Position numbers and translations under genes: made by a program
Shown: piece by piece, positions 27,810 to 38,751 of the stretch
Numbering within the stretch: position 1 is the stretch's first letter
Layout of the letters: each line of letters begins with the position of its first letter
DNA from: Meyerozyma guilliermondii
Taxonomy: Eukaryota
Reading direction: 5' to 3'
Length of the DNA stretch: 64,000 nt
NCBI GenBank assembly: GCA_051546255.1
Contig: CP128819.1
Span: 558,001 to 622,000, forward strand
Notes under the pieces: generated by a model
Told to the model about the DNA's origin: nothing
What the model saw: only the letters and a program-made list of their open reading frames with translations
The model's database searches: none

Positions 27810-29804
27810 TTATCCGCTGAAATTGTTATTGTCCAAAAATTTGAAAAAGTCCTCAAAGCCATGCGAATGTGAGTCAAGTTTGAATACTTCTAGTAGTTCT
27901 TGGTTGTCTGCGATTTCCAAGTCAAGTATCTCAATATCGGCCGTGCCGGTGGCTTCCTTCAACTTCTTTGACAAAATCATTGAGAGGAGGTGTGTGTTGA
28001 TCCTCATGTCAGCAATGGCGGAAGAAGGCTCCATATCTTCCTCGTTTCCATTGGCTGCTGTGTTGGTGTCAAATGATACGTCAAGGTTGATAAGCTGTCT
28101 TAAAATCCGGTAATATTTGTAAGCTGCACCCCAGTATTTCCCGATAGAGTGAAGAATTTCACAAAAGAGTTTCAAGTGTTCACTCAAAGTTTCTTTGTCG
28201 ACTGGTTGTGAATCCTTTTGTTTGAAAATGTAGTCTGCTATCAACAACCTGGAGCACACCCAAATGTGGAAAGCATAGAATGGTCCTAACTGCTGAAAAA
28301 TCGAGATACCCATGTTTCTTTCTACTCCCAGTACGCTAATGGCAGCTGTAATGACGTTGTTGACAGCATCCAAGCACAACTTGCGAGAACTGACCGAATG
28401 CGTGAACTCTATGGATTCAGCATGTGGATAGCCATAAGCACTATGGAGCTTGATCATCATTACATTGTAAGCAGAATGGAACAAGATGCACAGCTTATAA
28501 CTTGTATGGTCCAAATCAGGAATAACGTTATTGTACAAAGTGGTCTTGAATGGCTCAGGCAAATTGTCTCTCCAGCGCTCGATATTGTTTTCCAATTTGT
28601 GAAACTCAAAGAACCAATTTCCTACATCTGGTTTGCTGCAAATATCATGAGGCTGCAACAAGAACGAATGCACATCTCCAAAGAATTGACTTGCTTTAAT
28701 AAAGTGACTGAACGCATCCAAGGACCCGGGATGAGATTCATCTGGCTCATTCATTTCTCCAACCCATAATTCTGTCAGAATCGGTTGTTGTATTCGAACT
28801 TCAGAATTGGGTAGCTTTCTTGGCAACCCTGAAGTTAATGCACTTAAAACGTCAAGCGTATAAATTCCCCAGAAGAGTCGCCTTCTTGTCTCCACTTCAA
28901 TCCACGACTGGGGACTTTTGAGTATTCTAGCTCTCAAAGCAGATACTCTCGTGTTGGTAGGTTGACTGGCGGAGACATCTGACCGTGGAGAATGGTTGGG
29001 TAATGGTGGAATACTCAGGCTAATATCGGACAAATTCAAGTGGATAGCTCCTGAGGTTGCAATTCCTATCAACGACCATGACTCTGTGCCATTATTGTTG
29101 CCCAAAGTGTGAAATGCTAGTAAAGTTATGGCTTGGAGCTGTTTTAAAGACGATACAGAATATCCATCCAATACGATTTTTTGCTTGCAAAGCTTGCTGA
29201 GAGCCTCCAGGCCCTCCACGAGCACATAAGGAAGTGCATTGATTAATATTCCATACAATACCAAGGGAGGTTCCTTGAGGTCGGTGACTCCATTTTTTTC
29301 CACATATTCAAACTGGCCGATGTATGCCTCTATTTTAGCTCTGGTTTGACGAGGATGAAGAATTGGAAATATAGGAAACACATGTTCAAAGAAAGCGTCC
29401 ACCAATTGGATAATTGTTTCCACGCTGGGAAGACCATGGTCAAATGGTACCATTCCTGCCACTTGAGGATTTGGTGGATTTAAGAGCAGAGTCAACGTGG
29501 GAGCCGTTTCATGACTCCTGTGCTGTCCGAAACCGGGTTTTTCCAAGCGCTTAAATTGCCCCTCAAGAAATTGCATTCTTTCCAAAATGAGCTGGTTTTG
29601 GTCTTCGAGTGCCTTTAATCTTATGGCGGTTTCCTTACCAAAACCAGGCTTGATTCCCGGTTTGTTCACGGTGGAATAAGTACATTTTATGTCTCGAGAT
29701 TCACAAAATGTACATGGATCTTGCGAGTTACATCGCCTCTTGTTGGACCTACAAGCATCGCAGGACTTTGCTATTTTCTTTCGTGGTAAAGTCATCTCGT
29801 TCAT
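27810..29804 (-). CDS. Zn(II)2Cys6 transcription factor of the rhamnose cluster (Trc1/RhaR-like)
   Basis: CDACRSNKRRC..CTFC..C plus fungal TF middle region (RRRLFWGIYTLD). Confidence 0.85.
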   Translation of the reverse strand: MNEMTLPRKKIAKSCDACRSNKRRCNSQDPCTFCESRDIKCTYSTVNKPGIKPGFGKETAIRLKALEDQNQLILERMQFLEGQFKRLEKPGFGQHRSHETAPTLTLLLNPPNPQVAGMVPFDHGLPSVETIIQLVDAFFEHVFPIFPILHPRQTRAKIEAYIGQFEYVEKNGVTDLKEPPLVLYGILINALPYVLVEGLEALSKLCKQKIVLDGYSVSSLKQLQAITLLAFHTLGNNNGTESWSLIGIATSGAIHLNLSDISLSIPPLPNHSPRSDVSASQPTNTRVSALRARILKSPQSWIEVETRRRLFWGIYTLDVLSALTSGLPRKLPNSEVRIQQPILTELWVGEMNEPDESHPGSLDAFSHFIKASQFFGDVHSFLLQPHDICSKPDVGNWFFEFHKLENNIERWRDNLPEPFKTTLYNNVIPDLDHTSYKLCILFHSAYNVMMIKLHSAYGYPHAESIEFTHSVSSRKLCLDAVNNVITAAISVLGVERNMGISIFQQLGPFYAFHIWVCSRLLIADYIFKQKDSQPVDKETLSEHLKLFCEILHSIGKYWGAAYKYYRILRQLINLDVSFDTNTAANGNEEDMEPSSAIADMRINTHLLSMILSKKLKEATGTADIEILDLEIADNQELLEVFKLDSHSHGFEDFFKFLDNNNFSG

Positions 29805-29943
29805 CGGGTGAAAAGTTGGTGAATAAATCTCCGGCTCTACCCCACACTACCCCAAAGTGCGGAACAATATTAATGCGAATTTGCAGCCGCTCAAGTGTAT
29901 AAAGCAATTTCCAGCCACCTATTCGCAATTCCACACTCCCGAG

Positions 29944-30852
29944 ATGGCATCTCCTCCTATCGCTGGTGTCTACACACCCGTACCAACATTCTTCAAAAAT
30001 GACTTTTCAATTGACTACGAGAGTCAGATTAACCATGCTCGATTCTTGCACGAAAACGGAATTGCTGGACTAGTTATCATGGGTTCCACCGGCGAGGCGG
30101 CACACCTCACGAGACAAGAACGGGCATCGGTAATAAAGGCGGTGCATGAGGCTCTCCCACAAATTGTCATAATTGCTGGAGTCGCACAAAATTCTATTCA
30201 AGACACCATTGATGAGATTGATTCAGTGAAAAATGCTGGTGCTAGTTATGCTGTGGTTCTACCATCATGTTACTTTGGTGCCTCTATTAAACAAGAAGGA
30301 ATAGTTGATTTTTTTCGAACGGTAGCCGACAAGTCTCCGCTACCAATCATGATCTACGTCTATCCTGGAGTCTCCAATAATATCAATGTTGAGCCCCAGA
30401 CGGTTGCCCGGCTCTCGAAACATCCTAATATAGTAGGAACCAAACTTTCCTATGGTGATGTGGCCCACCATACACAAGTAGTTTGTGATTCATCTGAAAA
30501 TTTTTCAGTGTTCACTGGCTTGGGACAAATCTTGTTGCCAACATTGTCGGTGGGATGCTGTGGTACAATCGATGCCTTGTCCGGATCGTTCCCTAAACTT
30601 TTTGTGAAACTATTTGAACATTACCAGTCTGGAAACTATGAAGAGGCGCGGAAGCTTCAGTTCGTTGCATGCAAAGGAGAGGAAATTGTAGTTCGTTTTG
30701 GCGTGGTTGGAATCAAGAAATTGGTACACTCTAGAGGTTTTGGAGAGTCATATTTGGGTCGGGTTCCCTCAAATCATGATATTGATGCTGAGACATGGAA
30801 TTCTTACTCCGGTACTATCAAGCTCTTGGAGTCTACAGTAGCAAATCTATAA
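29944..30852 (+). CDS. LRA4: L-2-keto-3-deoxyrhamnonate aldolase (DHDPS/NAL family)
   Basis: GSTGE, IYVYPG, HPNIVGTKLS; cluster context; ATG at 29944. Confidence 0.85.
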   Translation: MASPPIAGVYTPVPTFFKNDFSIDYESQINHARFLHENGIAGLVIMGSTGEAAHLTRQERASVIKAVHEALPQIVIIAGVAQNSIQDTIDEIDSVKNAGASYAVVLPSCYFGASIKQEGIVDFFRTVADKSPLPIMIYVYPGVSNNINVEPQTVARLSKHPNIVGTKLSYGDVAHHTQVVCDSSENFSVFTGLGQILLPTLSVGCCGTIDALSGSFPKLFVKLFEHYQSGNYEEARKLQFVACKGEEIVVRFGVVGIKKLVHSRGFGESYLGRVPSNHDIDAETWNSYSGTIKLLESTVANL

Positions 30853-30860
30853 TGTACATT

Positions 30861-31616
30861 TTACTGGAGATTTACAAATAAACCACCATCCACCAATATC
30901 TGTGCTCCTGTAACATAGGATGACAATTCACTAGCTAGGAAAACCACAGGACCAACCAAGTCGTCGGGAGATCCTAATCTGCCCAATGGTATACGGCTCT
31001 CCATATAGGCTTTTTTGTCTGGATTTTTCAAGTCTTGCTCATTCAACTGTGTTCTTATTGTACCAGGTAGAACAGCATTACATCTTATCCCGTGCTCACC
31101 CAAAGCGCAAGCAGTGGATTGCATCAAGGACAAAATACCAGCCTTCGTTGGCGTATAATGAGTCTGTAAACCTCCTCCAACCAATGCACTAATCGAAGAG
31201 ATTCCAATGATGGAGCCTCCTTTTCCCTGACTGATCATTGCTTTGGCAGCAGCCTGGGTTGCGAAAAAGGCACCGTCGAGGTTTACGCTGACGGTTCGAC
31301 GATACAACTCATAATCTATATCTGTGAATTTTTCAAATTTGCAAACCCCAGCGTTCGAAACGAAAATGTTCAATTCACCAAAAGTCTGTACGGTTTGTTT
31401 GATCAAGTCCTCGGCCGTCTCAGGCTTGGAAATGTCTCCGGGAACCGCCAACAATCCCGGGACTAGGGTTCGAAGTTCATCTACAAGATCTTCTTGACCA
31501 TGCATGAAATTTATGGCAACATTTGCACCATGTTTATGCAATCCAATAGCCAAAGCTCGACCTATACCTGTAGCAGCACCGGTTATAGCCACGGTTTTCC
31601 CTTGCAACAATGACAT
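30861..31616 (-). CDS. LRA1: L-rhamnose 1-dehydrogenase (SDR)
   Basis: TGAATGIG, NAG, SSISALVGGGLQTHYTPTKAG; ATG at 31616. Confidence 0.9.
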   Translation of the reverse strand: MSLLQGKTVAITGAATGIGRALAIGLHKHGANVAINFMHGQEDLVDELRTLVPGLLAVPGDISKPETAEDLIKQTVQTFGELNIFVSNAGVCKFEKFTDIDYELYRRTVSVNLDGAFFATQAAAKAMISQGKGGSIIGISSISALVGGGLQTHYTPTKAGILSLMQSTACALGEHGIRCNAVLPGTIRTQLNEQDLKNPDKKAYMESRIPLGRLGSPDDLVGPVVFLASELSSYVTGAQILVDGGLFVNLQ

Positions 31617-31758
31617 ATTGGTATTTTTCAGGCAAATTGTTCGTTTAAATTCGGAAAATCTGGGGTAACCCCGGACTAATTTTACTCCGCAATATATGCA
31701 AGATCGAGCGATGAGATAAAGTCGGTGTACAAACAGCAATTGTAGTGCACGTTTTAAT

Positions 31759-32745
31759 ATGACTTTTGGTATTATTGACTCCCACATCCATCTTTTTGCG
31801 GAAAACGGCTCCTATAGTTTGAGGTGGATGGAGCCAGGACACAAATTGCAATCTGATCACACGGAGAAGGAGTACCTAGAAAACGATGAACATTTGAGTC
31901 CGGACTTCCGTCTTGAAGGTTATGTAGTCATTGAAGCCGATGCAGAAACTAGAGATCAAGCTGGACCGGAGGGATGGAAACCATCGATTGAAGAGTGCAA
32001 GTTTTTCTTTGAGCATGAATCGAATAGACCCGATTCTCGAATGCTTGGTGCAATGCCTTGGGCTCCTATGGTAGACGGTAAGGAAGCCGTAAATGAATAT
32101 CATACTCAATTGATGAACAGTATGGGTCCCAAGAGTGCCAAGTTGATCAAGGGATACCGTTACCTTGTACAAGATAAGCCAGATGGTCAATTACTCCTTC
32201 CCCATTTTATCGAGTCTTTCCAATGGTTGGCAGATAATGATCTTGCGTTTGATATGGGTATCGATGCTCACCTGCGGGGGTTTAAGCAATTTGAGGAGTT
32301 GGAGCAGCTACTAAAGAAAACGAGTGGTCTGACTATCATGCTTAACCATTTGGCAAAACTCAATTTGGATTGGCCTATGAATATGACTTTCTTTTCAGAA
32401 TGGTGCGAGCGAATGGATCTGCTTTTACTGGTTGCAAACCTCCATGGGCACACGATATATGTCAAGTTTAGTGGTGCATTTGATGAGCTAGATGAGGAAA
32501 CTGCAAAGGACGATACAAAAATTTGCAGCCTTATTGTTCCATACTTGAAATACTTGTTGGAAAACTGGGATCACCACTATATTATCTGGGGTAGCAATTG
32601 GCCCGTTTGTACCGTCAAGGGAGGACCTGTGGCATTGAAGAGATGGGTTGAAATTGTGTGGCAGGCATTCGACCAACTTGAAGTTTCTACTTCTGTTCGT
32701 GAAGACATTATGAGAAATAATAATCGGGTTGCTTATAGATTATAA
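31759..32745 (+). CDS. LRA2: L-rhamnono-gamma-lactonase (amidohydrolase 2)
   Basis: IIDSHIHLF, GYRYLVQDKP, LNHLAK, WGSNWPVC. Confidence 0.85.
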   Translation: MTFGIIDSHIHLFAENGSYSLRWMEPGHKLQSDHTEKEYLENDEHLSPDFRLEGYVVIEADAETRDQAGPEGWKPSIEECKFFFEHESNRPDSRMLGAMPWAPMVDGKEAVNEYHTQLMNSMGPKSAKLIKGYRYLVQDKPDGQLLLPHFIESFQWLADNDLAFDMGIDAHLRGFKQFEELEQLLKKTSGLTIMLNHLAKLNLDWPMNMTFFSEWCERMDLLLLVANLHGHTIYVKFSGAFDELDEETAKDDTKICSLIVPYLKYLLENWDHHYIIWGSNWPVCTVKGGPVALKRWVEIVWQAFDQLEVSTSVREDIMRNNNRVAYRL

Positions 32746-32807
32746 ATCGAATAAATGAAATGAAAAGAATAATCGTGAACAATAATGTTGCTTATAATTT
32801 ATAATTG

Positions 32808-33420
32808 CTAAGTACTTCCATTTCCAAAAAAATTTAACGAGTCTCTTGCAATTTGGACCTTTTCATCATCCAGCAACTTCGAACAAGATTCGTTGCAAAA
32901 CTTGGTCAAAACGTGCTCAATGTTCTTTGGCAGGTATACTGGCTTAAAGTCCATCAAAGTAAGGTTCTCACTGCTGCGTACTTCAAACTTACTAGTGAGC
33001 GCCTTTTCGAGTGCTCGGTTGATTGTTTCTTCATGACCAAAGTATTTCTCCTCAAAATCACTCAATGCACTCTTCAACAACTCTTTCTCTTGTGTTTTTG
33101 CATAAAAGTCGGGAACCACTCCCAAAAGTTTACCTTTGTTCAAAACCACATATCCTCTTTCTTCGAGGTATGAGATCAATTGTTCATGAACCAAAGACTC
33201 TACCAATTCCCTTGTTGCTTGCAATTGCACTATTGGTACATCTCTTTTTGAGTATACCTCTTCTATCAATTGAGCTTTAGTGGCTCCCAAAGGTGCCTGG
33301 AGGTTACGCACCAACAAGAATAGTACCAAGCGAGATGGGGACCAGCTGAGTTAGTACGAAAGGATTACGTCTGTGACTTTTCACTTACTATTCTAAGAAG
33401 CTTGGGTGTTCATGTGTCAT
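32808..33420 (-). CDS. Two-exon orphan protein, 189 aa; exons 33420-33389 and 33345-32808
   Basis: 43-nt intron GTAAGT...TACTAAC-T-CAG joins ATG 33420 in frame (MTHEHPSFLEYWSPSRLVLFL...). Confidence 0.75.
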
Positions 33421-33590
33421 TTTGCAGACCCAGGTTCGGCATTCGTGGTGCTTTAATATCAATCGGAGTAATACTGTGAATTATTGTGGGGTTGTGGGGA
33501 GCCGCGGAGAATTAATTTTCCAGCGATGAGAAGAATCTCGGGAATGCTATTTAAATCTATGCGGTAAATCAACTTGACCCCAAAGTTGCC

Positions 33591-35583
33591 ATGGCTACGT
33601 TTTTTTAAGGAATTGGTGTTCAATGCAACGCCCACCAATGGTCCTTGGGACAAGTACAATATTTCGCCAAGTAAGAGGACAATTTTCCCCACGACGGTCT
33701 ATTCTCAGGAAGGTGTGGTTCTCAACTCACAAAACCTTGTGGGTGATAATGAACAAGTAGCGTACTTGAAAAATGCCGGAGCTGCGATTACACTTGATTT
33801 TGGGATCAATACGTGTGGTTTGTACGCCATTGAGTTTGGAAGCGTACTGAACGCTTGTAAGTCGGTATTCTTGAGTTTTTCAGAATCATCATTATTCATT
33901 GACAAGGACAATTCCGATAGGAGTATGGACTTTTTCATTGACGACAAGGTAATTGAGGTGCCTGTGAGTGAGGGAAAGTACGTTTGTCCATTTGCCCAGC
34001 AAAGAGGAGGGTTTAGATATATGACAATATCGACCAGAAGCCATGGTGAAGTTGCGCTCAAAAAAGTCTATACCACTATGAACAACATGCCCAGTTTGAA
34101 AGAGAATTTGAGAGACTACTCGGGCTATTTTCACTCGAATGACGATTTGTGTAATACCATATGGTACGCTGGAGCATACACCATTCAACTTTCCATTATA
34201 CCTGCCAACAGTGGAAGAAGAAATGACATTGTAATGCCATCTACGGGATGGTCTAATGATGTTCGATGTGGTTACGGGTCTGAAGTTTTGGTAGATGGCG
34301 CAAAAAGGGACCGAAGTGTTTGGTCTGGTGACAGATCTATCTCCCAATTGAGTGAGTTTATTGCATTCAATAGTGAATGTGGAAAGACAGGTACTGACTG
34401 GATTTTGAATCATCAGCTCGAGAATGGTAAGTTTCCCTATGCTTGTGACCCAATCTACATCTATGGCTCCGATACGTACCATATTTGGACCATGGTTTCA
34501 ATTTACAATACATTTTTTTTGAACAATAATTCGCAAGAGTGGTTGGAAAATGCATGGGAAAAATACAAGAAGGGTATTTCTTACATTTGGCCCCAAGTTG
34601 ATCACACTGGTACGCTAAAGATAAAGCAAGGGTTGGACTGGGGAAGACCACCAATTGAAGATCACTCAATGTCTGCCAATTGTATTTTGTATCGTGCTCT
34701 TGTTAATGGTGTGGAGTTGGCAGAGTTGGTCCATGACACGGCAACGTCAAAACTTTACTCTGAAAGAGCTACAAGCTTGAAAAAGAGTATCAATGAAACG
34801 TTGTGGGACGAAGAAGCAGGATTGTTTTTCGATAACGAGAAAAGTTCTGTGCATCCTCAGGACGGTAACTCATTAGCGCTTGTTCATGATGTTGCTTATG
34901 AAGACAGAAAAGATCGAATTTCCAAAGAGTTGACGAAAAATTGGAATGAGTATGGCGCTGTGGCTCCTGAGTCAGAGGGAATGATATCTCCTTTCATATC
35001 TTCATTTGAACTTTTAGCCCATACTTCCACTGGAAATGTTGACAGATCTTTTGAATTGTTTCGTAAAATGTGGGGATACATGTGGAATGCCGACTACGGA
35101 GTGAGATCGTCACTCATTGAAGGTTATTTCAAAGACGGTTCTTGCAAGTATCCTTTCACATTCTATGATCCTGCTTATATTTCGCATTGTCATCCTTGGG
35201 CTACCGGTCCTACTATTTGGCTCACTTTTGACGTGGTTGGGTTGAAGTTTACTGACCATCGTCACAAGCTTTGGACTTTTTCACCCAAAGGAGTTTACGC
35301 TGAAGGTAGCTTGGACTTTGCAATGACAGGTTTTAGGTCCCATGAAAGTGGTTTCATTAGTGCGGGATGGAAAAAAGTAACTGAAAAGATTCTTCTTATG
35401 GCAATCAAAGTTCCAGAGAAGACGCAAGGAAGCATTGGAGTGCCAATTAGAGAGGGCTCAGAGATATGTAAAGTTGAAGTCGACGACGAGAAGATCTCAA
35501 AAGATTTGGACTCTACGGGTTCTCATTTACTTATTCCGAGAATTGGTAGTGGAAACCATGCGGTTCTCGTATACTATAGCTAG
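33591..35583 (+). CDS. GH78-like alpha-L-rhamnosidase without signal peptide; 5' end frameshifted
   Basis: GGFRY, DGAKRDRSVWSGD, HPQDGNS, SHCHPWATGPT; ATG 33591 is out of frame by one T in a T7 run. Confidence 0.82.
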
Positions 35584-35843
35584 ATCGAAATTGAATTATG
35601 AGATAAACCGAAACACTGTAGGGTAGCGGAGGATCATTTTGCCGTTTTCTCGGAGAATGGCGTTGTTTTCCGCCCAAATTGGATTTAATTGCACTTTTCG
35701 GCCGGGGTTTTAATTTTCCGCAAGCGGGGCATTCGTATTTGCGTACCCCACATTCTGCATCTCCAGATTCTCGATGAGTCGCTAACGCGAGCCGACCGTA
35801 TATAAGAGGGTTCGGTGGCTGCAATTGTCTAGCTGCCTTTCCA

Positions 35844-37475
35844 ATGTCTAATGAGAAAGCACCAGAAGTGTCGGAGTCACCAGCAGAATTTTCTGTTCCC
35901 ACTACTCTTCAAGAAACTGCTCGTGCTCAGCAAAAAATTGAACACGATTTAACGAGATGGCAGGCAATTAAGCTTTATCCTTGGACAGCCTTGTGGATTC
36001 TTCTGATCATTTGGGTGTTGATCTTGGTTGGGTACGAAAATCAAGCTGGAGGTATTGTTATTTCCATTCCGCAATTCAGACAAGATTTTGGAAAACCGTT
36101 TGGAGACAGTTATGTCTTGGATTCCCAATGGCAGTCTGCTATTAGTGGAGGTCCTCAAGGCTCTGTTGCCATTGGTTCGGTGATTGGATCTTGGTTTGTT
36201 GACCGTTTTGGTCGTAAGTGGACCATGCTCGTTGCCGTACTTCTCACCTTACCGTTTGTCACTATTGAATTTATTTCCACAACTATTGAAGTTTTTTTCG
36301 TTGGAAAATTTCTTAATGGTTTCTGCTTGGGAGTTTTAGCAACCGTTGCTACTACTTATGTTTCGGAAGTATCACCATTGGCATTACGAGGAATTGCTGC
36401 GGCAACATGTTCGTTATCTTTTTGTATTGGTCCGTTCATTTGCTACTTGATTAACAATACCACCAGCACTTATACCTCACGGATGGCATACAGAGGAGTG
36501 TTTATCCCACAATGGATCTTTGCTGCAATTGCACTTTCTTATCTTCCTTTCCTTCCGGAGTCTCCATACTATTTGATATTGAAAGGTAAGGAAGAACAAG
36601 CATTGAAAAGTTTGAAAAAATTGTATGGACAAGCTGATCTCGTTCAAAATCAATTTGCAGTGATGAAAGTCACTGTGGAAGAGTCCAAGCTCGTTTCAAG
36701 CAAGTCTGGAACTTACTTGGACTGCTTTAGACTCAAGGATTTGAAGAGAACATTTATCATTACCTTTTCGTTCTTCATGCAATCTATGAGTGGAGTTTCA
36801 TTTGTTGCTGGATACTCCACATACTATTATCAATTGGCGGGCTTTTCCACTCAAAGATCTTACCAGCTCAGTTGTGGAGCCCAGGCATTGTCAATTTCTG
36901 GGGTAATTGCCTCGTGGTTTATCATTGACAGGTTTGGTCGTCGTCCATTAATGTTGTGGGGTACGCTCGCATTGACTGTTTTGAACTTAATTGTTGCTTG
37001 TACTGGTTTGGAAACACTGAATCCCACCTCCATGACAGTGGCTTCCGCCTTCATTGCAATGTACAACTTTTTCTACAATATTAACATTGGACCATTACCA
37101 TACATTTTGGCTTCGGAAATCTCATCGGTATTTCTTAGAGCAAAGACCATGGCTACTGCTACTACAGTTAACTATGCCATGCAATGTATGTGGTCGTTTG
37201 TGTTGCCTTATATGTTCAATCCTGACCAAGCTAACATGGGTTCCAAAATTAATTTCATTTTTACAGGGTGCTCATTGCTTTCGATTTTTGTGTTCTTCAT
37301 TTACTTGCCTGAAACAGCTGGTAGATCTTTTGAGGAAATCGATGAAATGTACAAGATGCTGGTTCCTCCTAGAAAGTGGAAGGGATACAAGACCAGTATT
37401 CAAGAGGAGAGTGAAGAAATATATCATGAAATGGAGGAAAAGAAGAATGTATCAGAACATGTTGAAAGGGTATAA
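35844..37475 (+). CDS. MFS sugar porter (alpha-glucoside/maltose permease-like)
   Basis: DRFGRK, YVSEVSP..LRG, LPESP, DRFGRR, PETAGRSFEEID. Confidence 0.9.
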   Translation: MSNEKAPEVSESPAEFSVPTTLQETARAQQKIEHDLTRWQAIKLYPWTALWILLIIWVLILVGYENQAGGIVISIPQFRQDFGKPFGDSYVLDSQWQSAISGGPQGSVAIGSVIGSWFVDRFGRKWTMLVAVLLTLPFVTIEFISTTIEVFFVGKFLNGFCLGVLATVATTYVSEVSPLALRGIAAATCSLSFCIGPFICYLINNTTSTYTSRMAYRGVFIPQWIFAAIALSYLPFLPESPYYLILKGKEEQALKSLKKLYGQADLVQNQFAVMKVTVEESKLVSSKSGTYLDCFRLKDLKRTFIITFSFFMQSMSGVSFVAGYSTYYYQLAGFSTQRSYQLSCGAQALSISGVIASWFIIDRFGRRPLMLWGTLALTVLNLIVACTGLETLNPTSMTVASAFIAMYNFFYNINIGPLPYILASEISSVFLRAKTMATATTVNYAMQCMWSFVLPYMFNPDQANMGSKINFIFTGCSLLSIFVFFIYLPETAGRSFEEIDEMYKMLVPPRKWKGYKTSIQEESEEIYHEMEEKKNVSEHVERV

Positions 37476-38400
37476 TGATGAATGCAAGTTCGGAGAAGAT
37501 GAACCATAATTACTGTGTTTTTAGGGGAAGTGTTTTAATTGAAGCAGCGTAAAATGGCTTTAAAATCAAAATACTGAGTTGTAGATTTCTGAGAGTGGAC
37601 CGCAAGAATTATCATGGATATACTGAACGGCTGCAAATTGAAATTTTTGATTTCAGTTACTTGCTTTTTGTGGCATAATACTATCCACAAGCTAATCAAT
37701 TCACTTTTTGAGCATTCAGTTCATTTTTAGTGGGTGAACAATGTCGAGCAAAATGGCTGCGAAATGGTTTTGAGCGACGTAATTGAATTGGAAGTTGGTA
37801 GATTGTAAAGTTTCAATTGAAGGAAAAGTTACATTCCGACTATGGTGATGGCCAAGATGATACTAAGCGGACTTCAATTCTGGTAGTAAAGTGCTTGAAC
37901 AAATTCTGCTCTTGAAGAATAGATTGCAAATTTTCACAATTATCGACTAAGCGAGTTCCGTTACACTACCGAACTACCAATCTTTACAGTTCCAGCTGTG
38001 CTAGACGACTATCAGAGGAACTTGGTGGTTACACTGTTTCCACTTTTGGTACCTTATCACTGCGAAATGTGGCTCGCGCCAATCGCACATTGCTATCTTT
38101 TTGCATTTCGCATAATGCGATTTTTTTTCGAGGTTGTAGACGATACGCACAGAAAACATACCAACCTACCCATTCATAACCACTCGTATTTCATCCGAGG
38201 ATCCACAATACCATTTCGGTTGCGCAGCGATAACCTCCGACAGAACGCCGTTTGTCGTATAATCTCGTGACAAACTCCGACAGTTTCATCGACAAGAAAT
38301 CTGCCACGGCGTTTTTCAGTTCGTGCATATGCGGGGCGCATCGATATCTCTCAACCGGGTGAAATGATTATTTGTACCTGCACATTATGCCACGGCGATT

Positions 38401-38717
38401 GTTATCTTAACTGATACGGGGTCCGGATGTGTCAATAAGATGGTGCCATTGTTGACCACTCCTGAACAAGGTGAAATTCAGAACGGCAATTAATTTTCAA
38501 TCAATTATCCGCAACCACCACAGAACAAGTTATCTTGGTTTTGCCATTCACACAATTTGTGGTTGCTATTGTGTCGCACCTCGACCCCACACTGTTAAAA
38601 ATTGGCACACGGCGCTTTTGCGGTGCGCGCACGTTGATAAGGATAAGCGGCGTCAGGCTATCAGGTGGGATTCCTGGGCGTTCCAAATTGGGGGCGTTTG
38701 CGGCCATTATTATAAAA
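38401..38717 (+). promoter_or_regulatory. GATA (nitrogen catabolite repression) sites plus TATA upstream of the permease
   Basis: GTTATC (38401, ~38529), GATAAGGATAAG (~38636-38647), TATAAAA 38711. Confidence 0.5.
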
Positions 38718-38751
38718 GGGCCTCCATTTCAACTTTTGTTCATCCGTTGTA

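Noticed and set aside
33544..33585. Intron rescuing the rhamnosidase start from ATG 33544
   Set aside because: Would be ~22 nt with a weak GTAAAT donor and no branch consensus
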